Shown one piece after another: positions 21,659 to 31,233 of a stretch of 64,000 bases of DNA. This DNA comes from a plasmid, in sequence record NZ_CP090684.1, one strand, 5' to 3'. Every line of letters starts with the position of its first letter. Position 1 is the first letter of the stretch. The translations under genes and the position numbers were made by a program. The notes under the pieces were generated by a model. The model had not been told where the DNA came from. It worked only from the letters and a program-made list of their open reading frames with translations, and searched no databases.

Positions 21659-23053
21659 TCATCGTTCCCGCGGGAATTGCAAGTGGAACGTCGTACTGAC
21701 GTCGTTACTCGAAACCTGGACTTGTCCCCGGTGCAGTTCCATGATCGATTTCACGATCGCGAGTCCCAGCCCGGCATTCTTCGAGGATCCATGACGTGAC
21801 GCGTCGACACGGTAGAAGCGCTCAAAGATTCGATCAAGATGTTCCGGCGCGATAGGCCGTCCGTGGTTGGTCACTTCAACGACGACGTATTGCAGCGAGC
21901 GAGACGAGGCGAGTTTGATTGCCGTGCCTGCGAACGCATGGTCCAAAGCGTTGGATATGAGGTTGCTCACCGCTCGTCGAAAAAGCGTTGCATCCGCGAC
22001 CACATGCGCGTCGCCGACGACGACAAAATTGACCCCCTTTTCGTCCGCAATGCTCTGATAATAGGACGCCAGTCGTTGCAGTTCCATCTCAGTATCAAGG
22101 TCCGATACCTTCAGGTGCAGGTGTGCATTCTCTGTACGTGCAAGGAACAGCATGTTCTCGATCATCCGTTGCAGACGTTCGCATTCTTCGATGTTCGAAT
22201 CGATCAACGCCTCATATTCGTCGCTCGTTCTCGGTCGCGACAACGTGACCTGCGACGAGCTGATCACGTTGGCAAGCGGGGTGCGCATATCGTGGGCGAG
22301 GTCGGAGGAGAACTGAGAAAGGCGCACAAACGCACGTTCAAGTCGATCCAGCATTCGATTGACCGACGACGCGAGTTCGCGGAGCTCCATCGGACCGCCG
22401 CGAATGTCGAGTCGCTCGCTCAAATTGTGCGCTTCGATAATTGACGTCTGGCGGCCCAGACTTTCCACTGGACGAAGGCCTCGACGTGCGATCGCATAGC
22501 CCAAGCCACCGAGCAATATCGCGCCGACGGCGACCGCCAGCCAGATGTCGACGCGATAGCTTTTCAGAAGCGACTGCCGGTCGGTCGCGGTCCGTACAAG
22601 GGCGATCCGTACATCTTCGCCTGACGGCAGCCTGTCGCGCGCGAAAACACAGCGTGATGGCCCGATTCCCGTCGGATCGCACGTGTATGGAATACGAGGC
22701 GGACGGTCGCTCGAGGCGATCGACTTCAACGTCACGCCCGGCGCGGCCGTGTGCTCGATCAGCGAATTGTTTTGCCCGTCGTAGATCCCAAGATACACAC
22801 CGGGATGCGAGAGCAGTACCTCGTGAAATACCGCAGGCGTTGCACGAATGGCCTGTACCGAACCGCTGGCGTGAGCCAACTGCAGAAACTGGCTCAGCTT
22901 GCCACCGATTTCGATGTCGTCGCGGCGCTGCAGTTCAATCGACAGGGACCGATACAGGTAAGCTCCAGTCAGCGCAAACGCTAGTCCTGCGACGACAGCG
23001 AAGGCGACGGTCAACCGAGTGAGCAGTGAGTAAGGTGCCGCCTTCCCCGTCAT
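21659..23053 (-). CDS. Heavy-metal sensor histidine kinase (CopS/CusS family)
   Basis: [20 protein letters not shown]-box, a HAMP domain, and HATPase G-boxes (NAGLGLAIVKSIMELH); a periplasmic loop between two TMs. Confidence 0.85.
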   Translation of the reverse strand: MTGKAAPYSLLTRLTVAFAVVAGLAFALTGAYLYRSLSIELQRRDDIEIGGKLSQFLQLAHASGSVQAIRATPAVFHEVLLSHPGVYLGIYDGQNNSLIEHTAAPGVTLKSIASSDRPPRIPYTCDPTGIGPSRCVFARDRLPSGEDVRIALVRTATDRQSLLKSYRVDIWLAVAVGAILLGGLGYAIARRGLRPVESLGRQTSIIEAHNLSERLDIRGGPMELRELASSVNRMLDRLERAFVRLSQFSSDLAHDMRTPLANVISSSQVTLSRPRTSDEYEALIDSNIEECERLQRMIENMLFLARTENAHLHLKVSDLDTEMELQRLASYYQSIADEKGVNFVVVGDAHVVADATLFRRAVSNLISNALDHAFAGTAIKLASSRSLQYVVVEVTNHGRPIAPEHLDRIFERFYRVDASRHGSSKNAGLGLAIVKSIMELHRGQVQVSSNDVSTTFHLQFPRER

Positions 23054-23721
23054 GAACGGTCCTCGAGCACGTATCCCATGCCCCGGATGGTATGGATCAG
23101 TTTCTTATCGTACGCGTTGTCGACTTTGGCGCGCAGGCGCTTGATCGCGGCATCGACCACGTTCGTATCGCTATCGAAATTCATATCCCAGATCTGCGAG
23201 GTAATGAAAGTACGCGTCAAAACCTCGCCCTCTCGTTCAGCCAGGAGTTGCAACAATGCGAACTCCTGTGCGGTCAGGTCGATGCGATTGTCGCCGCGAC
23301 GCACTCGCCGCTTGAGGAGGTCAATCTCCATGTCCGCAACGAGCAGAATGTCCCGAATGCTCCGCGGTGCGCGCCGTAGCAACGAACGGATGCGTGCGAG
23401 AAATTCCGCGTAGGCGAACGGTTTGTGTAGATAGTCGTCTGCACCAAGTTCAAGCCCAGCGACCTTGTCCTCGATTGCTTCGCGGGCGGTCAGCATCAGC
23501 ACGGGTGTCTGCTTTTCCGCGCGGAGGCGCTTCAGCACCTCGAACCCGTCCAGCTCCGGGAGCATGACGTCGAGCACGACGAGGTCAAAATTTTCATGCA
23601 GCGCGAGAAACAATCCGATTTTGCCGTTCTCGGCAACATCGACGGTATAGCTCGCTTCCGTCAGTCCCTTTCGGAGATATGACGCCATTTTCGGTTCGTC
23701 TTCGACTATCAGTATCCGCAT
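23050..23721 (-). CDS. OmpR-family heavy-metal response regulator (CopR/CusR family)
   Basis: [20 protein letters not shown]...VLDVMLPELDGF; wHTH C-terminus; stop overlaps the kinase start (ATGA). Confidence 0.9.
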   Translation of the reverse strand: MRILIVEDEPKMASYLRKGLTEASYTVDVAENGKIGLFLALHENFDLVVLDVMLPELDGFEVLKRLRAEKQTPVLMLTAREAIEDKVAGLELGADDYLHKPFAYAEFLARIRSLLRRAPRSIRDILLVADMEIDLLKRRVRRGDNRIDLTAQEFALLQLLAEREGEVLTRTFITSQIWDMNFDSDTNVVDAAIKRLRAKVDNAYDKKLIHTIRGMGYVLEDRS

Positions 23722-23794
23722 GGGAGTGCAGTAGGACTGTCAACGGGTTCGACGCGGGGAGCGCTGCGCTCAGCATACGGCCGCGAAAGCGCGC

Positions 23795-23826
23795 AAAAAA
23801 TGACGGCCGGATGACAATTTTTTCAT
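23795..23826. promoter_or_regulatory. Candidate CopR/CusR-type box in the divergent copRS/cop promoter region: AAAAAATGAC-GGCCGG-ATGACAATTTTTTCAT
   Basis: ATGAC-N6-ATGAC direct repeat flanked by A/T tracts. TGACA half-sites resemble the E. coli CusR box (AAAATGACAANNTTGTCATTTT, recalled). Confidence 0.3.
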
Positions 23827-24011
23827 GAATCTCCGAGCGCCGGAACAGCGAGAGCCGTCCACCGCCGCTGGATGAAAAAATGGTCATCTTTCGACCACGC
23901 CGTCGTCACGCATCGGCCGTTAAGCTAAATACCGGCTATACCGCTTGTGGTTACACCCGGACACGTTCTCGATGTTATCGTTTCGAACTGCTCGTGCTAG
24001 ACTCCGCACCC

Positions 24012-24413
24012 ATGTCATATTGGCGCAAACTCTTCGTCGTCGTGCTGTTGGCACTGAGCCTGCCGGTTCAGTCGTTCGCGGCTATCTCGATGAATTGCGT
24101 CGCTTCGCATGCCGAAGCCAGCGAAACGCCGATCGTGCATGCCGGGCAGTCCATGTCCGGGCATCATCGCGACATGCATGGAGCGGCGCTCGCGGCCGAC
24201 GACCATCACACTTATCACCACGGCGGCGGTCATCACGCGCATTCATGTTCGACATGCGCAGCCTGCTGCTTCGGCACGGGATTACCCGCGGTTCCCTCCG
24301 TCGTCGTATCGTCGGACGTAACACGCGTCACCACCTCGATTCCGCCTTCTGCCGGTGTCGTGTCTTTCCTGACCGACGGCATCGAGCGACCTCCTCGCCA
24401 CACCCTCGTCTGA
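24012..24413 (+). CDS. Small secreted His/Cys-rich protein (CopL/DUF2946-like putative periplasmic metal binder)
   Basis: Track ORF 23880..24413; ATG at 24012. MSYWRKLFVVVLLALSLPVQSFAA signal peptide; GHHRDMH, HHTYHHGGGHHAHSCSTCAACCF. Confidence 0.6.
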   Translation: MSYWRKLFVVVLLALSLPVQSFAAISMNCVASHAEASETPIVHAGQSMSGHHRDMHGAALAADDHHTYHHGGGHHAHSCSTCAACCFGTGLPAVPSVVVSSDVTRVTTSIPPSAGVVSFLTDGIERPPRHTLV

Positions 24414-24500
24414 TTCTCCACCGCGGGTAATGCCCGCGATGTGCCATTCGTACTGACGGTCTTGCGTGGACCCGTCAGATGATTCACGACGAGAAAATTT

Positions 24501-24818
24501 ATGCGACTGATTTCTGCGGCGCTGCTCGGCGCGGCGGCTTCATTGCCGACGCTCGTGCACGCCACCACAACGATTCCCGACCCGACGGATGCCGCGGCCT
24601 CGGTCCCGGCGATTTCGGCGCCGTCGGCCTTCAACGGCTATCGCCCCTACAACGACGCCGACAACCCGACCTGGCAACAACTCAATCAAGCGGTCCAGGA
24701 GAAGCCGGCCAAGGGCGGCATGACGCACGGCGGCGCAATGGGCCACGGCGGCGCCATGAACAAGCCCGCTGGCGACCATCAGTCGAATCATTCGCAGCAT
24801 GGGGAGCCCGCCAAATGA
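24501..24818 (+). CDS. Small secreted Met/His-rich protein (putative periplasmic Cu binder)
   Basis: Signal peptide MRLISAALLGAAASLPTLVHA; C-terminus GGMTHGGAMGHGGAMNKPAGDHQSNHSQHGE. Stop overlaps the next gene start (ATGA). Confidence 0.55.
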   Translation: MRLISAALLGAAASLPTLVHATTTIPDPTDAAASVPAISAPSAFNGYRPYNDADNPTWQQLNQAVQEKPAKGGMTHGGAMGHGGAMNKPAGDHQSNHSQHGEPAK

Positions 24819-26311
24819 TGAAGCGACTCGTTTCAACGCGCATGGGTGCGGGCGTTTCCATCATGGTGTTTCTGGCTGGCTGCACCACCTTCTCGAAGGA
24901 CGGTGGATTCGGTACGGTGTCGTCGACGGCTACGGAGCGGCTCGGTAAGGACGCGGTTATCGTCAAAACCGATGCCGATCGGGATGCAGTGGCGAAGCGA
25001 ACGCAGGAATTGCTCGCCAAGCCGCTGTCGATGGACGATGCCGTACAGGTCGCCCTGCTGAACAACCGAGGACTGCAGGCCTCGTATGCGGAATTGGGGC
25101 TGTCGGAAGCCGATTTGGTCCAGGCCGGGCGACTGCCGAATCCAGGCTTCACCTTCAGCCGCACGCGAGCGGGCAACGGCGACCTGAGCATCGGCCGCAC
25201 ATTCTCCGCGAACGTACTCAGTATTCTGACGCTGCCTTTCGCTGCCCACATCGAGGGCCGACGCTTCGAACAGACGAAGCTCGAGACTGCCGATACGATG
25301 CTGAAGCTCGCCGCCGAGGCGCGGCGGGCGTACGTCAACGCGGTGGCCGCGGAGCAGGCTGCCAAGTACGCGGAACAGGTAAAAGATTCGGCCGACGCAG
25401 GCGCCGAACTCGCTTCACGCATGCGGCAGGCCGGAAACTTCAGCAAACTCGATTATGCGCGAGAGCAAGCCTTCTACGCGGACTCGGTCGCCCAGGCCGC
25501 CAAGGCCCGGCAGCAAGCCGTATCGGCCAGGGAGAAACTCACGCGCACGATGGGCGTATGGGGCACTGGTACGCAGTACACCTTGCCTGAGCGTTTACCG
25601 GACTTGCCAAAGGACCGCCCGGAACTGAAAGATCTTGAGCGGTTTGCGATGCAGAACCGGCTCGACATCCAGGCAGCGAAGCTGCAGACGCAAGGCGTCG
25701 CATCGTCGTTGGGCCTCAGCAAGGCAACGCGGTTCATCAACGCAATCGATGTTGGTTACCAAAACAACTACGAAACCGACAAGGGTCACGAGCACGGCTA
25801 CGAAATCAGTATCGAGATTCCCATTTTCGATTTCGGCAGCGCCAAGGTCGCCCGCGCGGAAGCCATCTACATGCAGTCGGCGAACCGCCTTGCCCAAACG
25901 GCGATTGATGCACGATCGGAGGTCCGCGAGGCGTATTCCGCGTACGTGAACAGCTACGACGTCGCGAAACACTATCGCGACGAGGTTGTGCCGATTCGCA
26001 AGACGATTTCTGACGAACTTCTGCTCCGCTACAACGGCATGCTCGCCAGTGTCTTCGAACTGCTCGCCGACTCGCGCGAGCAAGTCGGCGCGGTGAACAG
26101 CTACATCGACGCGCTGAAGGACTACTGGCTCGCCGAAACGGATCTCCAGCAAGCGCTGGGCGGACGTTTACCGAGGGCTGGGGCCGAGCAAACCGAGCAG
26201 ACGCCTCCGGGGCCGAATTCCGCACCGCAGTCCGCCCCGAGACCGGCAGCCCGGCCGGAGCCTGCCTCGACCGCGCAACCGGCGCATGAAACGCATTCGG
26301 AAGGTAAATAA
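24815..26311 (+). CDS. Efflux outer-membrane lipoprotein, NodT/TolC family
   Basis: Frame of track ORF 24479..26311; start MMKRLVSTRMGAGVSIMVFLAGC (lipobox LAGC). TolC-type duplicated repeats. Confidence 0.8.
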   Translation: MMKRLVSTRMGAGVSIMVFLAGCTTFSKDGGFGTVSSTATERLGKDAVIVKTDADRDAVAKRTQELLAKPLSMDDAVQVALLNNRGLQASYAELGLSEADLVQAGRLPNPGFTFSRTRAGNGDLSIGRTFSANVLSILTLPFAAHIEGRRFEQTKLETADTMLKLAAEARRAYVNAVAAEQAAKYAEQVKDSADAGAELASRMRQAGNFSKLDYAREQAFYADSVAQAAKARQQAVSAREKLTRTMGVWGTGTQYTLPERLPDLPKDRPELKDLERFAMQNRLDIQAAKLQTQGVASSLGLSKATRFINAIDVGYQNNYETDKGHEHGYEISIEIPIFDFGSAKVARAEAIYMQSANRLAQTAIDARSEVREAYSAYVNSYDVAKHYRDEVVPIRKTISDELLLRYNGMLASVFELLADSREQVGAVNSYIDALKDYWLAETDLQQALGGRLPRAGAEQTEQTPPGPNSAPQSAPRPAARPEPASTAQPAHETHSEGK

Positions 26312-26312
26312 C

Positions 26313-27608
26313 ATGGTGTCCCGTCGACAATTTCTCAGCGGCTCGGGGGCCGCAATCCTCGGCGCCGCGATGGTCAGCAAGGCCGGCGCGGCTTCGTTGC
26401 CGGAAGCACCGACCATGGCAAAGGCGACGATGCAGCCGCCGCTCGTGCCACCCAACGGTCGGCCATACACACCGGTCGCGACGTTGAACGGCTGGACGCT
26501 GCCGTGGCGCATGAAGAACGGCTGGAAGGAGTTTCACCTGACAGCCGAGCCCGTCGTGCGCGAAATGGCTCCCGGGATGAAGGCCAATCTGTGGGGTTAT
26601 AACGGTCAGTCGCCTGGCCCGACGATCGAGGCCGTCGAAGGCGACAAGGTCCGCATCTTCGTCACCAACAAGCTGCCGGAGCACACCACGATCCACTGGC
26701 ACGGGATGCTGCTACCGAACGGCATGGACGGCGTCGGCGGCTTGACGCAGCCGCACATCCCGCCCGGCAAGACGTTCGTCTACGAGTTTCAGCTCGAGAA
26801 GCATGGCACGTTCATGTATCACCCGCACGCGGACGAGATGGTTCAGATGGCGATGGGCATGATGGGCATGTTTATCGTGCACCCGAAGGACCGCAGCGTG
26901 ATGCCGGTCGACCGCGATTTCGTGTTCCTGCTGTCCGCCTATGATATCGACCCGGGCAGCTTCACGCCGCGTGTGAACGAGATGACCGACTTCAACATGT
27001 GGACGTTCAACTCACGCGTATTCCCTGGCATCGATCCGTTGCCAATTCGGGCCGGCGACCGCGTGCGCATCCGGTTCGGCAATCTGACGATGACGAATCA
27101 CCCGATTCACCTGCATGGCTACCACTTCGAAGTGGCGGGTACGGACGGCGGCTGGATCCCGCCGGCCGCTCGTTGGCCGGAGGTGACGGCCGACGTCGCC
27201 GTCGGCCAGATGCGCGCAATCGAGTTCACCGCCGATCGTCCTGGCGACTGGGCGTTCCATTGCCACAAGTCGCACCACACGATGAACGCAATGGGCCATA
27301 GCGTTCCGAACATGATCGGCGTGCCGCAGAAGGACTTGGCCAAACGCATCAACAAGCTCGTTCCCGACTACATGGCCATGGGCAGCACCGGTGGCGCAAT
27401 GGGCGAGATGGAGATGCCGCTACCCGACAACACACTGCCGATGATGACCGGTACGGGCCCATTCGGGCCGTTGGAGATGGGCGGCATGTTCACAGTCGCC
27501 AAGGTCCGGCAAGGGCTCGGGCGGAACGACTATCGCGACCCGGGCTGGTTCAAGCATCCCAAAGGCACCGTCGCATACGAATACACCGGTGAACTGCCGG
27601 ACAGTTGA
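26313..27608 (+). CDS. Multicopper oxidase (small, about 431 aa) with Tat signal
   Basis: Track ORF 26286..27608; preferred ATG 26313 (GGAAGG upstream; MVSRRQFLSGSGAAILGA twin-arginine motif). Copper sites HWHGM, HPH, HLHGYHF, HCHKSHH plus a Met-rich region (MAMGMMGMF, MAMGSTGGAMGEMEM). Confidence 0.85.
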   Translation: MVSRRQFLSGSGAAILGAAMVSKAGAASLPEAPTMAKATMQPPLVPPNGRPYTPVATLNGWTLPWRMKNGWKEFHLTAEPVVREMAPGMKANLWGYNGQSPGPTIEAVEGDKVRIFVTNKLPEHTTIHWHGMLLPNGMDGVGGLTQPHIPPGKTFVYEFQLEKHGTFMYHPHADEMVQMAMGMMGMFIVHPKDRSVMPVDRDFVFLLSAYDIDPGSFTPRVNEMTDFNMWTFNSRVFPGIDPLPIRAGDRVRIRFGNLTMTNHPIHLHGYHFEVAGTDGGWIPPAARWPEVTADVAVGQMRAIEFTADRPGDWAFHCHKSHHTMNAMGHSVPNMIGVPQKDLAKRINKLVPDYMAMGSTGGAMGEMEMPLPDNTLPMMTGTGPFGPLEMGGMFTVAKVRQGLGRNDYRDPGWFKHPKGTVAYEYTGELPDS

Positions 27609-27673
27609 TTTACACAACAAGGTCGGGGCACGCCCGACCGTCGGTTTCATCACCTCAACTCTGGAGAAGCACG

Positions 27674-28021
27674 ATGAAGAAAGCACTGTTCTCGATTGCA
27701 ATAGGCTGCGCCCTGGCGTTCTCTGCGTCGACGTACGCGGCAGGCGACATGGGCAACATGGACATGAGCGGTGGCACAAAGCAAAGTACCGACGCGAAGA
27801 GCAGCATGTCGCACGGCGAGATCAAGAAAGTCGACACGACTGCAGGCAAGCTGACCATCAAGCACGGTCCCCTCGAAAACCTTGGCATGGAAGCGATGAC
27901 GATGGTGTTCAAGGCCAAGGATCCGGCGATGCTGTCGCAGGTGAAGGTCGGCGACAAGATCGATTTCGTCGCCGAGGAAGTCAACGGCGCACTGACGGTC
28001 GTCAAGCTGCAGAAGCAGTGA
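27674..28021 (+). CDS. cusF: CusF-like periplasmic Cu(I)/Ag(I) chaperone
   Basis: Track ORF 27605..28021; ATG at 27674 after GGAG. Signal peptide; HGEIKKVDTTAGKLTIKHGPLENLGMEAMTMVF (H...M-x-M CusF site). Confidence 0.8.
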   Translation: MKKALFSIAIGCALAFSASTYAAGDMGNMDMSGGTKQSTDAKSSMSHGEIKKVDTTAGKLTIKHGPLENLGMEAMTMVFKAKDPAMLSQVKVGDKIDFVAEEVNGALTVVKLQKQ

Positions 28022-28082
28022 CGACAATCGACGGGGACGCGCAGCCGCGGTCCCTGTCTCATTCTTCGAGACGAGCAACAAT

Positions 28083-28457
28083 ATGAAGATTTTGACCCTC
28101 AGACATTTTGCCGGCCTCGCCGTCGCTAGTGCTGTTGCGTTCGCGCCCATCGCCGCGCTCGCACACGGCAAACTGGAAAGCGCAACGCCGGCGTCGGGCA
28201 GTACCGTCGACGTCGCGCCGGACGCATTGCGCCTGACCTTCAATGAAGACCTCGAGTCGACCTTCAGCTCGGTGAAAATCGCCGATGCTACGGGTGCGCC
28301 GGTGACGAAAGAAAAGGCGAAGATCGATGCGTCGAATCCGCGCGTCATGACGCTCGTCGTACCGAAGCTCGCGTCGGGAGCGTATACGGTTCAGTGGGCC
28401 GTCATGACTTCGGACGCGCACAAGACCAAGGGTACGTACACGTTCAAGGTGAAGTAA
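28083..28457 (+). CDS. copC: CopC periplasmic copper chaperone
   Basis: Signal peptide then HGKLESATPASGSTV (N-terminal His site); cupredoxin-like CopC family length. Confidence 0.85.
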   Translation: MKILTLRHFAGLAVASAVAFAPIAALAHGKLESATPASGSTVDVAPDALRLTFNEDLESTFSSVKIADATGAPVTKEKAKIDASNPRVMTLVVPKLASGAYTVQWAVMTSDAHKTKGTYTFKVK

Positions 28458-29398
28458 TGAACGACGGGTTCCTGGGCATCCTGCGTCTGATCGCCGTAGC
28501 GATCCAGAACGTTGGCTTCGCCGTCATCGTAGGCGCGTTGCTCAGCAGTCAATGGCTCGCGCGCGGTGACTCCACGTGGCAAGCCGACGTGGGCCGACGG
28601 CTCGTCCTGACAGTCCGGATGGCGTCCACGCTTGCTCTGCTCGCGAGCGTGTTGTCGTTCTGGGCACATTGCGCGCTGATGAGTGAGTCAACGTTGCTTG
28701 AGGCCGGGCCCGCGGTGTGGTCGATGCTCGTGGGAACCGGCTTTGGACACGCGTGGCTGGTCGCTGCAGTTTTCATGGTTTGCGTGGTCGTGCTGGCATT
28801 GCTGCGATCGGGTAGCGATGGGAGTTTCCCGACCGGAATCTGGCTTGCTTTGGCCGCCGTAGCATTGGCACGCAGCAATGGCGGACATCCAGTCGATTCC
28901 GGACTCTTCAGCCTTCCGGTGTGGGTCGATTGGTTGCATTTGCTAGCCATCAGCGCGTGGGTCGGGCTCGTTCTCGTGACGACCTACGTCGTCATGCCGC
29001 GGCTGCTCGATGCCCCTGGAAGCGAACGGCAGACCAGTGCATCATTCGTGCAATCGCTGTCCGACACCTCGACGTACGCGTTGGTGATTTTGTTCAGCAC
29101 TGGCGCATACAACGGCTGGCGAGGCGTCAGTACGCCGGCGAATTTGTGGACATCGACGTATGGACAGATCCTACTGCTGAAGTTCGTGCTCGTGCTGGTC
29201 GCCGCCGCGCTGGGCGGACACAATCGCTTCTTTGAAATGCCGACGCTAATGTCGACGCTGAAGAACCCTGCTCAAGAAGTCCCGACCGTGCCGCTTCGAC
29301 GATTCAGTACGGTGCTTCACGTCGAGTCACTGATTTTGCTTGGTGTCTTGATGGTAGCGGCCGTGCTCGTATCGAGCCCGTTGCCGGGAACCACATAA
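28457..29398 (+). CDS. copD: CopD inner-membrane copper resistance protein
   Basis: Track ORF 28394..29398; ATG at 28457 overlapping the copC stop; 8-TM profile typical of CopD. Confidence 0.85.
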   Translation: MNDGFLGILRLIAVAIQNVGFAVIVGALLSSQWLARGDSTWQADVGRRLVLTVRMASTLALLASVLSFWAHCALMSESTLLEAGPAVWSMLVGTGFGHAWLVAAVFMVCVVVLALLRSGSDGSFPTGIWLALAAVALARSNGGHPVDSGLFSLPVWVDWLHLLAISAWVGLVLVTTYVVMPRLLDAPGSERQTSASFVQSLSDTSTYALVILFSTGAYNGWRGVSTPANLWTSTYGQILLLKFVLVLVAAALGGHNRFFEMPTLMSTLKNPAQEVPTVPLRRFSTVLHVESLILLGVLMVAAVLVSSPLPGTT

Positions 29399-29474
29399 AT
29401 TCGTCGGTCCCTCCGTCCACGCAGGTGGTCTGTCACTCATGTGCGAGTTGCGCGTGAGCGGGCCATCTCTTTGC

Positions 29475-29503
29475 AGCCCGGCCCTCCAGCCGGGCTCTTT
29501 TTT
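29475..29503 (+). terminator. Rho-independent terminator after copD
   Basis: agcccggc-cctcc-agccgggct stem then T7 (ctcttttttcat). Confidence 0.6.
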
Positions 29504-29654
29504 CATTCCGCATTGCGTTTGGTCGACGATTCCAGATGAAGGACGCGTGACCAAAAGATCATATTCATGTCACGGCTCGATCAGTGGCTGCTCTCCACAA
29601 TGACTTTCAATGGAGTCGCATGTGCGGTTCCATGCCTCGCAATGGAGAGAAAAC

Positions 29655-29987
29655 ATGAAACTTCAAATCGTCGCCGCCCTCATAGTGGTCGCCTGTGCCG
29701 CCACGTCCGCGTCTGCATTCGCTGATAGCGGGCACGGTTATCCCGACGTTACGCGAAACGGCAGCGTGGTATCGAACGAAAGCGTTGCTGCACCGGCAAC
29801 GGCGCAAATTGAAAACACGGTATCGCGCGGCAAGACCCGAGAGCAGGTTCAACAGGAACTTATTCAGGCTTATCACGATGGTTTGCTGCCAACGAGCAAG
29901 CATGACTATCCGCCCAGCGAAGCGACTATCGCGCGCAACAAGGAACTCCATCAGTTAAGTGAGCCGAAGTGGGCCGCACAGCATTGA
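29655..29987 (+). CDS. DUF4148-like small secreted protein (third paralog)
   Basis: Track ORF 29610..29987; ATG 29655 after GGAGAG; signal peptide; QAYHDGLLPTSKHDYPPSEATIARNKELH. Confidence 0.75.
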   Translation: MKLQIVAALIVVACAATSASAFADSGHGYPDVTRNGSVVSNESVAAPATAQIENTVSRGKTREQVQQELIQAYHDGLLPTSKHDYPPSEATIARNKELHQLSEPKWAAQH

Positions 29988-30097
29988 GGCACGCACCGTT
30001 GCGGAAAGCCAGGCGTTGCTCAGCCTGAACGTACACGACTCCGGCCATATTCCATGTGGAACGTAGGCTCGCCAGACCAGATAGAGGAGTTCACGCG

Positions 30098-30295
30098 ATG
30101 AGACCGATACCCGGCATATGGATTTATGTGACGGCGATTACTACGGTCCTGGCTCTTGATGGATGTGCGAGCGCGACGGGCAATACGGATGGGAAGACGC
30201 GGATGCCGGACTCCCGTTCCGCAACGACCCGATTACCGAAGTCCTATCCGTGTCAAAATCTGCACGTGCGTTCGGCGAATTGCCCGCCGCGCTGA
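30098..30295 (+). CDS. Possible small lipoprotein
   Basis: Track ORF 30056..30295; ATG 30098 with a strong AGAGGAG SD; MRPIPGIWIYVTAITTVLALDGC lipobox-like. Followed by the 10-bp IR GTGCCACGCC/GGCGTGGCAC (30305-30314 / 30343-30352). Confidence 0.3.
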   Translation: MRPIPGIWIYVTAITTVLALDGCASATGNTDGKTRMPDSRSATTRLPKSYPCQNLHVRSANCPPR

Positions 30296-30364
30296 CGGCA
30301 ACGTGTGCCACGCCTCTTGCGTGCGCGATATCACCGACGCCGGGCGTGGCACGGAGCTGACCGT

Positions 30365-30694
30365 CTACTGAGCCATCGTCCGGCATTCCTGAGCGCAGCG
30401 TCGACAAACTTGTGCGCATTCTTTGCAATGCGCATGTTGATGTTTCTCGCATTCGGTTGCGCACGCGTCGCACAAAGTCGCGCAACTCGAGCAAACTGCC
30501 TTGACTTGCTTGCTGCCTCGCGCCATCGCTGCGGAAGCGAGGCGGCACAGCGTGGCGCAATCCAGGTCGAGTTTGATGCAGTCAATAAGCTGGCCGACTT
30601 GGGTCTCTTCAAGACACGCGGCCGCGCAATGATCGCAAGCGGTCGCGCAAGCGTCGCAGGCCGAGATGCATGTCTGGTATTGTTGATGTGCCAT
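30365..30694 (-). CDS. Cys-rich four-helix-bundle copper-binding protein (Csp/DUF326-like), cytosolic
   Basis: Track ORF 30365..30760; start MAHQQYQTCISACDACATACDHCAAAC...; repeated CxxxC spacing throughout; no signal peptide. Confidence 0.75.
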   Translation of the reverse strand: MAHQQYQTCISACDACATACDHCAAACLEETQVGQLIDCIKLDLDCATLCRLASAAMARGSKQVKAVCSSCATLCDACATECEKHQHAHCKECAQVCRRCAQECRTMAQ

Positions 30695-30855
30695 TTTGAC
30701 TCTCCTATCGTGGACTGCCCGGATCGGGCCCGACTCGTCGCGCAAGCGTTGTACCCACATTCCGGATTAGCCCCACGCGGCTCCAGTGGCGGGGACGTTT
30801 CAGCGTTGAAACGTCAGTACAATTCCGATGTAATCACCGGCATCGGCGGACTATA

Positions 30856-31233
30856 ATGCTGGCTATGAAATTGCTCCGGACCTTCATCCTGTCGCTGCTC
30901 TGCGCGGTGCTGCCCATCAGCGGGCTGGCAGCCAGTGGCTTGACCGGTGAATGTCCGATGCAGCAAACCATGTCCATGGGCGCGGATGCCAGCATGTCCG
31001 GCGATATGCCGGGCTGCGATTTGATGAAGTCCTCGTCCGTCGATAAAGCCAAGGCCAAGAGCGTGTTCTGCAAAGTGACCGCCCAGTGTCAGTTCGGCAG
31101 CCTCTATCATCCAGCCGCCAAGACCGACATCAGCCGTCCCGCTGCGGTCGGTACGCCCGTCATCTTCCATTACGTCCAGTCTCTTCCGGTCCGTGACCCG
31201 AACGGGTTATGGCGCCCTCCGCGTCTCGTCTAA
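30856..31233 (+). CDS. Small secreted Cys/Met-rich protein; C-terminal 28 codons lie inside the 87-bp repeat
   Basis: Signal peptide MKLLRTFILSLLCAVLPISGLAA; GECPMQQTMSMGADASMSGDMPGCDLM. A TATAAT overlaps the first ATG (30852-30857), so the real start may be 30865 or the gene may be leaderless. Coding status uncertain because of the repeat. Confidence 0.4.
   Translation: MLAMKLLRTFILSLLCAVLPISGLAASGLTGECPMQQTMSMGADASMSGDMPGCDLMKSSSVDKAKAKSVFCKVTAQCQFGSLYHPAAKTDISRPAAVGTPVIFHYVQSLPVRDPNGLWRPPRLV

Noticed and set aside
26286-26312. Upstream ATG 26286 as the multicopper oxidase start
   Set aside because: No SD, and it would overlap the NodT lipoprotein stop by 26 nt; ATG 26313 has a GGAAGG SD and leaves a standard Tat n-region.
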